From an uncultured Treponema sp. (GTDB lineage: Bacteria; Spirochaetota; Spirochaetia; Treponematales; Treponemataceae): a stretch of 64,000 bases of DNA. Both the position numbers and the translations under genes were made by a program. The stretch spans positions 12,770 to 76,769 of the forward strand of contig ONET01000003.1 in assembly GCA_900316905.1 (NCBI GenBank), given 5' to 3'. The stretch's first letter is position 1. Every line of letters starts with the position of its first letter. Below the pieces are notes generated by a model that was given only the letters and a program-made list of their open reading frames with translations, did no database searches and had not been told where the DNA came from. This document shows positions 55,560-64,000 of this stretch, one piece after another.

Positions 55560-56888
55560 ATGAACGCAAGCGAAATAGCGAAAACGCAAACGTCAAACGT
55601 TTTGTTGGGATGGAGCAAGCAGGGCGGCCTTAACCCGATTGTGGTTGACCATGCGGAAGGAATTTACATTTACGACACGGAAGGAAACCGCTACGCCGAC
55701 ATGTCTTCCGAGCAAGTGAACGTGAACGCCGGTTACGCTAACAAGGAGATGAACGAAGCGATAAAGGCCCAGCTAGACAAATACGCTTATGTTCAAGGCT
55801 CGTGGGGAGCGGAGCCGAGGGCGCTTTTGGCCAAGTCGATAATCGACCGCCTTCCAAAATCTTTTGGTAAAATATTTTTCACCAACGGCGGAGCGGACGC
55901 AAACGAAAACGCGATTAAGATGGCCAGAATGTATACGGGCCGCTTTAAGGTGATGAGCCAATACCGCTCTTACCACGGATCCACTTTTGGCGCCGGAAAC
56001 CTTACGGGCGAGCCGCGGCACTTTGCGCTGGAACCGGCGATTCCGGGCTTTATCCATTTTAGGGGGCCCTACTCTTACCAGGAGAAAATAAAGTTTGAGT
56101 CGGAGGATGACGAGTGCGAGTATTACGTTGACAAGCTTCGCGAGCAAGTGATTTTTGAGGGCGGCGACAGGGTCGCGGCGATTATTTTGGAAACGGTAAT
56201 CGGCTCTAACGGCGTGATCATTTATCCAAAGAATTATCTTAAAGGCGTTAGAAAAATTTGTGACGAGTTTGGCATTGTGATGATTTGCGACGAAGTCATG
56301 GCCGGCTGGTACAGAACCGGCAAAATGTTCGCCTATATGAACTTTGACGTGACTCCCGACATCATAACGTTTGCCAAAGGCGTAAACTCCGGCTACATTC
56401 CGCTTGGCGGCGCGATTGTGAAAAACGACATCGCCCATTTCTTTGACGACAAGTATTTGAGCTGCGGCTTGACTTATTCCGGGCACCCGCTTGCCTGCGC
56501 GGCAGGAGTGGCTTGCCAAGAGTTTTATCTTAAGAACGACATAGAGGCTCACGTTCAAAAAGTAGGAAAGCATTTGGGGCAAGTCCTTGAATCGATTAAG
56601 GCAAAGCATAAGTCTGTCGGCGACGTTCGCTACATCGGCTTGTTCAGCGGAGTGGAACTGGTTAAGGACAGAAAGACGCGCGAGCCTCTTGTTCCTTGGG
56701 GCCAAGACCCGCAGGGCATTATGGGCTCGATTGTCAAAGAGTTGAAGAGCCGCGGCTTTTTCACCTATTCCCACGAAAACGTCATTATGGTCGCGCCGCC
56801 CCTCATCATCACGGAAGAGCAAATCGACGAGGAGCTTGCTAAGCTGGACGAAGTTTTGACAATCGTTGACGAAAAATACGTTTTGTGA
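55560..56888 (+). CDS. Class III (omega-amino acid) aminotransferase
   Basis: GGADANE, SYHGST, DEVMAG, TFAKG, TYSGHPL. Confidence 0.93.
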   Translation: MNASEIAKTQTSNVLLGWSKQGGLNPIVVDHAEGIYIYDTEGNRYADMSSEQVNVNAGYANKEMNEAIKAQLDKYAYVQGSWGAEPRALLAKSIIDRLPKSFGKIFFTNGGADANENAIKMARMYTGRFKVMSQYRSYHGSTFGAGNLTGEPRHFALEPAIPGFIHFRGPYSYQEKIKFESEDDECEYYVDKLREQVIFEGGDRVAAIILETVIGSNGVIIYPKNYLKGVRKICDEFGIVMICDEVMAGWYRTGKMFAYMNFDVTPDIITFAKGVNSGYIPLGGAIVKNDIAHFFDDKYLSCGLTYSGHPLACAAGVACQEFYLKNDIEAHVQKVGKHLGQVLESIKAKHKSVGDVRYIGLFSGVELVKDRKTREPLVPWGQDPQGIMGSIVKELKSRGFFTYSHENVIMVAPPLIITEEQIDEELAKLDEVLTIVDEKYVL

Positions 56889-56900
56889 AAGGATTGGGGA

Positions 56901-58058
56901 ATGAACTTTTCTTTTAGCTCTGTTCCTAAAATTTATTTTGGTGACGGTGCGCTAAAAAACGCCGCTCCCGAAATGGCCGCCTTTGGAAAAAAGGCTTTGA
57001 TCGTCACTGGAAAAATCATCACCAAAACTGGCTTGGCAAAAGAGGTTTCCGACCTTTTGGCTTCGCTTGGAATCGAGGCGGCTTTGTTCAACGATTTGCC
57101 GGGCGAGCCGACCGACCAAATGATCATGGCTGGAGTGGACGTCTTTAAATCCGAGAAATGCGATTTTATCGTTGGTCTTGGCGGGGGAACGCCGCTCGAC
57201 GCCGCCAAGGCGATTGCTGCGATGGCCGTCCTTCCAGGAAAGCTGGCCGACTACAAGGGCAAAGAGATAAAGGGAAATTTCGCGCCTCTGGTATTGATAC
57301 CGACGACGGCCGGCACCGGTTCCGAGGTGACAAGATATTTTGTCTTTACCAACACGGCGACGGAAGAAAAATTGCTTTTTAAAGGCGACGCTCTTTTGCC
57401 GAAAATCGCCGTAATCGATTACAAGTACACAATCACGGCGCCGCAAAGCGTTACGATGGCCACCGGCATGGACGCGCTTTGCCACGCGGTGGAAAGCTAC
57501 ACCAGCCGCGCCGCTAATCCCGTGACCGACAATTTTTGCCTTGACGCGGTGAAAAGAATTTTTGAATATCTTCCAAAGGCTTGCCAAGACGGCGGCGACG
57601 AAGAGGCGCGCGAGAACATGAGCTTTGCGGCTTACGAAGCGGGCGTCGCCATTAACGGAGCGCCTACGACAATCATTCACGGAATGAGCCGTCCTATCGG
57701 CGCTTGCTTCCACGTTCCGCACGGAATTTCAAACGCGATGCTGGCCGTTGAATGCCTTAAGGCGGTTATGGACGGCTGCTGTGAAAGGTTCGCGCAGCTT
57801 GCCGTAGCGATTGGCGCCGCCGAAAAGGGCTGCCCGGCCAAGGAGGGCGCCGAAAAGTTCATCACCGCTTTGGAAGCGCTTACAAAAACTTTGCGCGTTC
57901 CGACGCTTAGGGAATACGGAATTGACTTGGAAAAATTCGCCGCGCTGGAAGAAAAGATGGCCGGAGATTCCGTCGCTTCCGGCAGTCCCGCGAAGTGCTG
58001 GAAAATTCTTTCCAAGGAAGAGCAGGTGAAAATTTACGATTTGTTGAGAAACAAATAG
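56901..58058 (+). CDS. Iron-containing alcohol dehydrogenase
   Basis: GGGTPLDAAK, PTTAGTGSE, DALCHAVE, HGMS..H..HG. Confidence 0.93.
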   Translation: MNFSFSSVPKIYFGDGALKNAAPEMAAFGKKALIVTGKIITKTGLAKEVSDLLASLGIEAALFNDLPGEPTDQMIMAGVDVFKSEKCDFIVGLGGGTPLDAAKAIAAMAVLPGKLADYKGKEIKGNFAPLVLIPTTAGTGSEVTRYFVFTNTATEEKLLFKGDALLPKIAVIDYKYTITAPQSVTMATGMDALCHAVESYTSRAANPVTDNFCLDAVKRIFEYLPKACQDGGDEEARENMSFAAYEAGVAINGAPTTIIHGMSRPIGACFHVPHGISNAMLAVECLKAVMDGCCERFAQLAVAIGAAEKGCPAKEGAEKFITALEALTKTLRVPTLREYGIDLEKFAALEEKMAGDSVASGSPAKCWKILSKEEQVKIYDLLRNK

Positions 58059-58069
58059 GCAAAAAGTGT

Positions 58070-58118
58070 ATAGCCAAAGCGCACAATAAAAAAAAATAAT
58101 TTTGTGCGCTTTGTACAA
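58070..58118. promoter_or_regulatory. Paired PucR-type operator candidates
   Basis: CAAAGCGCACAA (58075-58086) and TTGTGCGCTTTG (58102-58113) form a perfect inverted repeat. TTGT-N9-ACAA at 58102-58118; a related TTGTGCATATTGT lies at 55486. Confidence 0.6.
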
Positions 58119-58160
58119 TGCAATAAAAGCCGATTTTTGTTAGGTTTGCATCATCAGAAC

Positions 58161-58256
58161 GTCAGCAAAGACGCTGTGCATGAAAAGATGTCGTATGACA
58201 TCTTAATCTTTCGCGCAAAGATCTTTGCTGTCTTTTCAGAAAAGTTCTTTGCGAAA
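58161..58256 (+). promoter_or_regulatory. ANTAR-like antitermination leader
   Basis: CAGC-AAAGAC-GCTG hexaloop hairpin overlaps a long alternative stem (CAGCAAAGA / TCTTTGCTG) followed by TCTTTT. Confidence 0.55.
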
Positions 58257-58270
58257 ACAAGGAGCTGAAT

Positions 58271-59437
58271 ATGAAGAGACTTCAGACGGCAATTGTTCTT
58301 GGAGTTGTCGCTCTTTTTGCGATGACGAGTTCTTTTTCTGCCCCTAAGCAGAAAACAATCAAGCTTGGATTTAACATTCCTCTCACTGGCGATTCTCCCA
58401 AAGTAGGCGAGAGCGCCAAATTCGCGGGCGAAATCATTAAAAGCGAAGTCAACGCCGCCGGCGGCTTGGACGTTAAGGGCGAAAAGTATTTTCTTGACTT
58501 TGTCTATGTTGACAACGAGCTCAAGTCTGATTCCGCTATCAACGCCGCCAATAAGTTGATTGACATCGACAAGGTTTTGGCCTCAATTGGTCCTGAAGGT
58601 TCCGGCCGCGCGATTCCCGCCGGCGAAATCTACAACGACATGAAAGTGCCGATGATCACTCCTTGGGCTACAAACCCCAAGGCCACGGCCGGACGCCCCT
58701 TCTGTTTCCGCGCTTGCTTCCTTGATCCTTTCCAGGCTCCTGTAGCCGCAAAGTTTGCGAGCGAGACATTCGGCGGAAAGAACGTAGCCATCGTCTACAA
58801 CCTTGAGGACGACTACTCAAAGACTTTGGCCGAGCTTTTCAAAAAGGAGTGGGAGTCAAAGTACGGTAAGGTCGTTGTGTTTGAATCCTTTGGACAGAAG
58901 GACCAAGACTTTAGCGTCCAGCTTACAAAGGTTGTCAACTCAAAGGCGGACTTCCTTTACCTTCCCGACTACTACAACTTTGTAGGATTGATCACTTCGC
59001 AAGCCAAGGACTTGGGTTGGTCAAAGCCGGTCATGGGCTCCGACTCGTGGGGTTCCGCGGACTTGTTCCCGCTTTCAAAGGGAGCGGTTGTCGGCGCTTA
59101 CTTTACGACCCACTACGCCGCCAAGGGAGCCACGGGAAAGACAAAGGAGTTCATCACAAAGTATCAAAAGGCTTACGGCTATGTTCCTGACGACGTTGCG
59201 GCCCTTACATATGACGCGACTTATATTGTCCTCCAGGCAATTCAAGACGCGGGGCTTACGGGCAACTTGAAAAAGGACCGCGTGGCCATCAAGGACGCGA
59301 TGGGAAAAATCAAGAGCTTTGCCGGCGTAACCGGAAACATGAAGTTCACTCCTGACGGCGACCCGATCAAGGACGCGGTTGTAGTCAAGGTAACAAAGGA
59401 CGGCGAGTTTGAATTCGTAAAGAGTTTGCAACCGTAA
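58271..59437 (+). CDS. Branched-chain amino acid-type ABC substrate-binding protein (LivK-like)
   Basis: Signal peptide, PLTG, ATNP, FRACFLDPFQ, DDYS. Confidence 0.9.
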   Translation: MKRLQTAIVLGVVALFAMTSSFSAPKQKTIKLGFNIPLTGDSPKVGESAKFAGEIIKSEVNAAGGLDVKGEKYFLDFVYVDNELKSDSAINAANKLIDIDKVLASIGPEGSGRAIPAGEIYNDMKVPMITPWATNPKATAGRPFCFRACFLDPFQAPVAAKFASETFGGKNVAIVYNLEDDYSKTLAELFKKEWESKYGKVVVFESFGQKDQDFSVQLTKVVNSKADFLYLPDYYNFVGLITSQAKDLGWSKPVMGSDSWGSADLFPLSKGAVVGAYFTTHYAAKGATGKTKEFITKYQKAYGYVPDDVAALTYDATYIVLQAIQDAGLTGNLKKDRVAIKDAMGKIKSFAGVTGNMKFTPDGDPIKDAVVVKVTKDGEFEFVKSLQP

Positions 59438-59518
59438 CTTTTCTTAAGTTGCCGGGGGCTGGCCAAAAGATTTTGAATGAGATTTGGTTGGCCCCCAGTT
59501 TTCACGATGGAGGCGTCT

Positions 59519-60430
59519 ATGACCTTTTTTATACAAAATATTTTCAATGCCCTTCAATGGGGCAGTTTTTATTCAATGATCGCTCTCGGATACTGCCTTG
59601 TTTACGGCGTTTTGAGGCTCATAAACTTCGCTCATGGAGACATCTTCATGACGTCAACCTACATCGCGTTTTTTGTTGTCGCTTTTATCACGGCAAAAAT
59701 TTCTGGATTGGTTGGAATCCCCTTGTTTGTAATCACGCTTGTTAGCACGATGGCGCTGACAGCTCTTTTGGGCGTGGGAATAGAAAAGGTCGCCTACAAG
59801 CCGCTTAGAGCAAAGGGCGCCAACAGACTTTACGTTGTCATCACCGCTTTGATGATCGGCTTTATTCTTGAAAACGGAAACCTTGCCATTCTTGGAGCTT
59901 CGGCAAGAAGCTTTCCGGACATCCTTCCAAAATATGTTTGGAACATTGGTCCTGTCACAATCACAAGCCTAAAGGTTTTGGTAATTGTCAGCGCCGTTTT
60001 GATTTTCGCGATTTTGCAGTTCATCGTTCAAAAGACCACTTTGGGAATGAGCATGCGCGCGATTTCCTATGACAAGTTCGCGATTCCTCTTATGGGAATC
60101 CCTGTAAATACAGTAATCACTTTTACTTTTGCGCTTGGCTCCGCGTTGGCGGCTGTAGCCGGAATTCTTTTTGGAATGTCATATCCTGTAATGGATCCTT
60201 ACATGGGAATGATTATCGGATGGAAAGCCTTTATCGCCGCGGTTGTCGGAGGAATCGGCGACATCAAGGGAGCCTTTATCGGCGGATTCTTGCTTGGATT
60301 TATCGAGATTTTTGTTACGGCGTTCTTGCCGTCAAGCTACAAGGATTTGGTTTCGTTTGTAATCCTTTTGGTTATTCTAACAATTAAGCCGACAGGATTT
60401 TTTGGCTTGGCCAAGAGCACAAAGATTTAA
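59519..60430 (+). CDS. livH: LivH-like ABC permease
   Basis: GSFYSMIALGY..VYGVLRLINFAHG, KAFIAAVVGGIG. Confidence 0.9.
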   Translation: MTFFIQNIFNALQWGSFYSMIALGYCLVYGVLRLINFAHGDIFMTSTYIAFFVVAFITAKISGLVGIPLFVITLVSTMALTALLGVGIEKVAYKPLRAKGANRLYVVITALMIGFILENGNLAILGASARSFPDILPKYVWNIGPVTITSLKVLVIVSAVLIFAILQFIVQKTTLGMSMRAISYDKFAIPLMGIPVNTVITFTFALGSALAAVAGILFGMSYPVMDPYMGMIIGWKAFIAAVVGGIGDIKGAFIGGFLLGFIEIFVTAFLPSSYKDLVSFVILLVILTIKPTGFFGLAKSTKI

Positions 60431-60439
60431 GGAGCGCTT

Positions 60440-61507
60440 ATGAATAGAAAGCTGATAATGCCTTTGATGACAATCGCGATGATTTTAATCATTACGGTTC
60501 TCGCCAAGTTTGAAATAATAAACAACTACTTTCAGACAATCATCGTGACGATTTGCATTAACGCGATAATGTCGGCGAGCTTGAACATCGTAAACGGCTA
60601 CATGGGAGAATTCAGTTGCGGCCACGGCGGCTTTATGGCCACCGGCGCTTATGTCTCAGCCGTCGCGTCGCTGATTTTGTTCAAGGACGGAAACTCAATC
60701 ACCGGCAGCGCGCTTTTGCCAGAAAACCTTGCAGTAATCGGCTTTCCGATTTGCATTTTGCTTGGAGGACTTGGCGCGATGCTGGTAAGCCTAATCGTCG
60801 CCATTCCTTCGTTCAAGACGCGCGACGACTATCTTGCGATTATCACGGTGGCCGCAAACTTTATCGTCACGACGGCGATAAACAACATTCCTTTGGTTGG
60901 CGGAAGCCGCGGCCTTATGGGAATGAAGAGCGTAATGAACAGCATGGGCGACGTTTTTGACGTTCCGTGGATTTTGATTTGGGCGCTTGTCTTTGCGGTC
61001 TTTGCGATTGTTTCAATTCACTTTCTTATGAATTCAACTTTGGGAAAGGGAATCAGCGCGGTTAAGTACGACGAGATTTCGGCGGAAATCATGTCGGTCA
61101 ACACCAACAACATGAAGCTCATCGCATTTACCTTCAGCTCATTCTTGGCCGGAATCGCAGGCGGCTTGTTCGCGCACTTGCTTGGCTTTATCAATCCGGC
61201 AAGCTTTGGAATCATGAAGTCAACCGAGTCTTTGGTAATGGTTTACCTTGGCGGCATGGGCTCGCTGAGCGGATCGGTTCTTTCGGCGGTTGTGTTTACG
61301 ATTTTGCTGGAACTTTTGCGCCCGGCCCAAATCTTAAAGTGGGTAATCATTCCGTTAATCTTGATTTTGATTATGGAATTCCATCCCGAAGGAATCATGG
61401 GCTCAAAGGAATTGACGCAGGTTTTCCCGCGGCTCAAGAAGCTCTTCCCTGTGGACAAGAACCTAGTTAGGGAAGCTAACGCGGCTTGCGAAGGAGGCGT
61501 GGCATGA
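60440..61507 (+). CDS. livM: LivM-like ABC permease
   Basis: GYMGEFSCGHGGF, DYLAIIT, MVYLGGMGS. Confidence 0.9.
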   Translation: MNRKLIMPLMTIAMILIITVLAKFEIINNYFQTIIVTICINAIMSASLNIVNGYMGEFSCGHGGFMATGAYVSAVASLILFKDGNSITGSALLPENLAVIGFPICILLGGLGAMLVSLIVAIPSFKTRDDYLAIITVAANFIVTTAINNIPLVGGSRGLMGMKSVMNSMGDVFDVPWILIWALVFAVFAIVSIHFLMNSTLGKGISAVKYDEISAEIMSVNTNNMKLIAFTFSSFLAGIAGGLFAHLLGFINPASFGIMKSTESLVMVYLGGMGSLSGSVLSAVVFTILLELLRPAQILKWVIIPLILILIMEFHPEGIMGSKELTQVFPRLKKLFPVDKNLVREANAACEGGVA

Positions 61508-62328
61508 GCGAAACATTATTGAAGATAGATCATCTTACGCATCGCTTTGGCGGCTTGCAGGCTTTAACGGACATCAACGTTGACATAAAGAAGGGTTCGG
61601 TAAACGCATTGATCGGACCAAACGGCGCGGGTAAGACAACCGTGTTCAACTTGGTGAGCGGCTTTTACGTTCCGTCCGAAGGCGACATTGTTTTTGACGG
61701 AACTAGAATAAACGGCATGAGGCCGCATGTCATCGCCGACTTGCAGATTGGACGAACGTTCCAAAACATTCGCCTGTGGAGCGACATGACAGTTCTTGAC
61801 AACATTTGCATCGCGCAACATTCGCGGCTTGGCTTTGGCTTGAAGGACGTTTTTCTTAGGACAAAAAAGTACAAGGAGCGCGAGGCGCAAATTCATAAAG
61901 TGGCGTGGGAGCTTTTGGAAAAGTTCAGCCTTGCGGACAAGGCTTTGGACTTTCCAAAGAATCTTCCGTACGGAATTCAGCGCCGCGTGGAAATCGCCCG
62001 CGCCCTTAGCTTGAATCCAAAGCTTTTGATGTTGGACGAACCGGCCGCAGGACTTTCCACTTCCGACCTTGACGGATTGATTTCTTACATTAAATGGATT
62101 CACGACACCTTTGGCATCACGATTTGGATGATCGAGCACCAGATGCAAGTCGTTAACACGCTGGCGGACAACGTAAAGGTAATCAATTTTGGAAAGGAGC
62201 TTGCGGAAGGAACGCCCGAGCAAATCCAAAAAAATCCGGCCGTCATCGAGGCTTATCTTGGAAACGCGGACATCAGCATTAAGGACGCATATTCAGGATT
62301 GCCTTCAAAGAGGGCAAAGGAGGTTTGA
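61504..62328 (+). CDS. livG: LivG-like ABC ATPase
   Basis: GPNGAGKTT, RTFQNIRL, LPYG.QRRVEIARAL, IEH, YLG. Confidence 0.92.
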   Translation: MSETLLKIDHLTHRFGGLQALTDINVDIKKGSVNALIGPNGAGKTTVFNLVSGFYVPSEGDIVFDGTRINGMRPHVIADLQIGRTFQNIRLWSDMTVLDNICIAQHSRLGFGLKDVFLRTKKYKEREAQIHKVAWELLEKFSLADKALDFPKNLPYGIQRRVEIARALSLNPKLLMLDEPAAGLSTSDLDGLISYIKWIHDTFGITIWMIEHQMQVVNTLADNVKVINFGKELAEGTPEQIQKNPAVIEAYLGNADISIKDAYSGLPSKRAKEV

Positions 62329-62330
62329 TT

Positions 62331-63074
62331 ATGTTGCTTGAAGTTAAGAATTTAAAGGTTGGTTACGGAAACATAGAGGCCTTGCACGGCATAAGCTTTA
62401 CGGTGGACAAAGGAGAGATTGTCACGTTAATCGGAGCGAACGGCGCGGGAAAGACTTCGACTTTGCTGACGCTGTCGCGTTTGCCAAAGCCTGAGGCTCC
62501 GACCGTTCTTGAAGGAGATATTCTTTATGACGGCCGCAGCATTCTCAAAACCGAGCCGCAAGACTTGATTAAGAGAAAGATGATGTGCCTTGTGCCTGAA
62601 GGCCGCCATATTTTTGGAAACCTCACGGTGGAAGAAAACCTACAAATGGCTTGCTACGGCCGCAAGAACGAAGAGCACCACGAAATGCGCACGATGGAAT
62701 TGTACGAACTGCTTTATGATTTGTTCCCGCGCCTTTACGAGCGCCGCAAGCAGCGAAGCGAACTTTTGTCGGGCGGCGAGCAGCAAATGCTTGCGGTGGG
62801 CCGGGCGCTTATGACTGACTGCGACTTTATTATGTTGGACGAACCCAGCATGGGACTCGCGCCAAAATTGATGTTCGAAATGTTCCGCGCCCTTAAGCGC
62901 TTGAACATTCAAAAAAAGATGACGCTTCTTTTGGTCGAACAAAACGCCAAGGTCGCGCTTGACTTTGCCGACCGCGGATATGTTTTGCAAACCGGTGAAA
63001 TAATCGCGAGCGGAAAAAGCGAAGAGTTGGCGGCAAACCCGGAAGTGCAAAAGGCTTATCTTGGCGGGAATTAA
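62331..63074 (+). CDS. livF: LivF-like ABC ATPase
   Basis: GANGAGKT, VPEGR, LSGGEQQMLA, DEPSMGLAP, VEQN. Confidence 0.92.
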   Translation: MLLEVKNLKVGYGNIEALHGISFTVDKGEIVTLIGANGAGKTSTLLTLSRLPKPEAPTVLEGDILYDGRSILKTEPQDLIKRKMMCLVPEGRHIFGNLTVEENLQMACYGRKNEEHHEMRTMELYELLYDLFPRLYERRKQRSELLSGGEQQMLAVGRALMTDCDFIMLDEPSMGLAPKLMFEMFRALKRLNIQKKMTLLLVEQNAKVALDFADRGYVLQTGEIIASGKSEELAANPEVQKAYLGGN

Positions 63075-64000
63075 TGGATGCGGCGAAGATTGTCCTTGCA
63101 AGCGAAGATTCTCTGCAGATTCAGTTTGAGCAAAAAATTTGCCCGGAAGTGAACAGGCGAATATCCGCTTTTGTCGAAGAGTTCGCCTCTTTGACAAGGG
63201 ACATGCCGGAAGTCTATGAAGTCGTTCCGACTTATTGCGCCGCGAGCGTTTATTTTGACGAAAAAAAAAGCAAGCCGGCCTTGCTAAAAAAAATCGCGCT
63301 TGAAGCCCTTGAAAAAACTTGCGGCGCGGGCGCGGACGGCGCTGCTTGCGGAAAGACGATAAGGATTCCGGTTTGCTACGAGGGAAAAGAATTCGCGCCC
63401 GACCTTGAGCGCGTTTGCGCCAAGACGAAGCTTGCGGAAGATGATGTGGTTAAGATTCATTCTTCAACCAACTACTTGATTTACATGATGGGATTTTTGC
63501 CGGGCTTTCCGTATTTAGGCGGAATGGACGAGAGGCTTGAAACGCCAAGGCTCGAAACGCCTCGGACGAAAATCCCCGCGGGAAGCGTGGCCATCGGCGG
63601 AAAGCAAACCGGCCTTTATCCGATGGAATCGCCCGGCGGCTGGAACATTATAGGAAGAACGCCGCTAAAAGTTTTTGACATTGAGCGCGATCCTGTTTTT
63701 TTGTACAAGGCTGGAGATAAAATCCGTTTTGAACCCATCAGCAAAGAGGACTTTGAGCGTTTTGACGAAAAGAAATGGCTTGAAGAAATGGGCTTGGGAG
63801 GCACCGCCGCCAAAAGCGCGTTGAAAGAAAAATACGAGTGCGGCGGCGGAATAGAAATTCTTGAAGCGGGCTTGATGACTACGATTCAAGACGGCGGCAT
63901 TATTGGATTCCAAAAATACGGAATCTCGCAAAGCGGCGTAATGGACAAAACGAGCTTTGATTTGGCCAACGCGCTTTGCGGGAACGAAGAGAACGCCGCC
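63074..64000 (+). CDS. pxpB: 5-oxoprolinase PxpB-PxpC fusion (CT_C_D + CT_A_B); runs off the window edge
   Basis: Manual translation: VVPTYC, IPVCYE..APDL, MMGFLPGFPYLGG, IPAGSVAIGG.QTGLYPMESPGGWNIIGRTP, then in frame IEILEAGLMTTIQDGG..G.QKYG..SGVMD..ANALCGN, the PxpC N-terminus. Confidence 0.88.
   Translation, partial: MDAAKIVLASEDSLQIQFEQKICPEVNRRISAFVEEFASLTRDMPEVYEVVPTYCAASVYFDEKKSKPALLKKIALEALEKTCGAGADGAACGKTIRIPVCYEGKEFAPDLERVCAKTKLAEDDVVKIHSSTNYLIYMMGFLPGFPYLGGMDERLETPRLETPRTKIPAGSVAIGGKQTGLYPMESPGGWNIIGRTPLKVFDIERDPVFLYKAGDKIRFEPISKEDFERFDEKKWLEEMGLGGTAAKSALKEKYECGGGIEILEAGLMTTIQDGGIIGFQKYGISQSGVMDKTSFDLANALCGNEENAA

Noticed and set aside
55773-56822. 349-aa minus-strand ORF
   Set aside because: Lies wholly antisense to the aminotransferase, has no motifs, and is explained by codon bias. 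The same applies to 21014-21973, 40360-41181, 56952-57722 and 61564-62229.
1-64000. CRISPR array, rRNA, IS transposase or prophage
   Set aside because: No regularly spaced repeat-spacer array, rRNA-like sequence, transposase or phage structural gene was recognised.

Overview
This window looks like the chromosome of a host-associated, probably gut or rumen, spirochaete of the Treponema type. That call is inferred from a short archaeal/spirochaete-type PheT, tRNA-Arg(GCG) and treponeme-like lipoproteins. Bases 1-12.3 kb are a defence island: an HU-like gene, DUF3791, a type I R-M system (hsdR-hsdM-[small protein + zeta-like ATPase]-hsdS), then a very AT-rich, tightly coupled cassette. The cassette encodes a 1083-aa protein (N-terminal nucleoside deoxyribosyltransferase/DUF4071-like domain plus a large helical body), a 2-TM SLATT protein, a stand-alone TIR protein and a DUF5677/HEPN-like protein. 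It is the best candidate here for an undescribed anti-phage system. Bases 13.7-20.5 kb are a run of short GNAT/HAD/phosphatase/cupin genes, several sharing a junction motif. The rest is mostly host-like: acyl-CoA ligase, MCP, GH16 lipoprotein, an MMPL + LolA-like + OM-barrel + ArsR locus, argC, U32, polA (with an apparent in-frame deletion just before motif C), an amino-acid ABC transporter, pheT, an XRE/PIN TA pair, three tRNAs, and a PucR-aminotransferase-Fe-ADH-LivKHMGF-PxpBC nitrogen-scavenging cluster with an ANTAR-like leader. Non-coding observations include a covarying ~90-bp intergenic repeat, a stand-alone small transcription unit at ~45.5 kb, recurrent GCGCGC-(-10) promoters and leaderless genes. 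All family calls come from motif recognition by eye; no database search was run.
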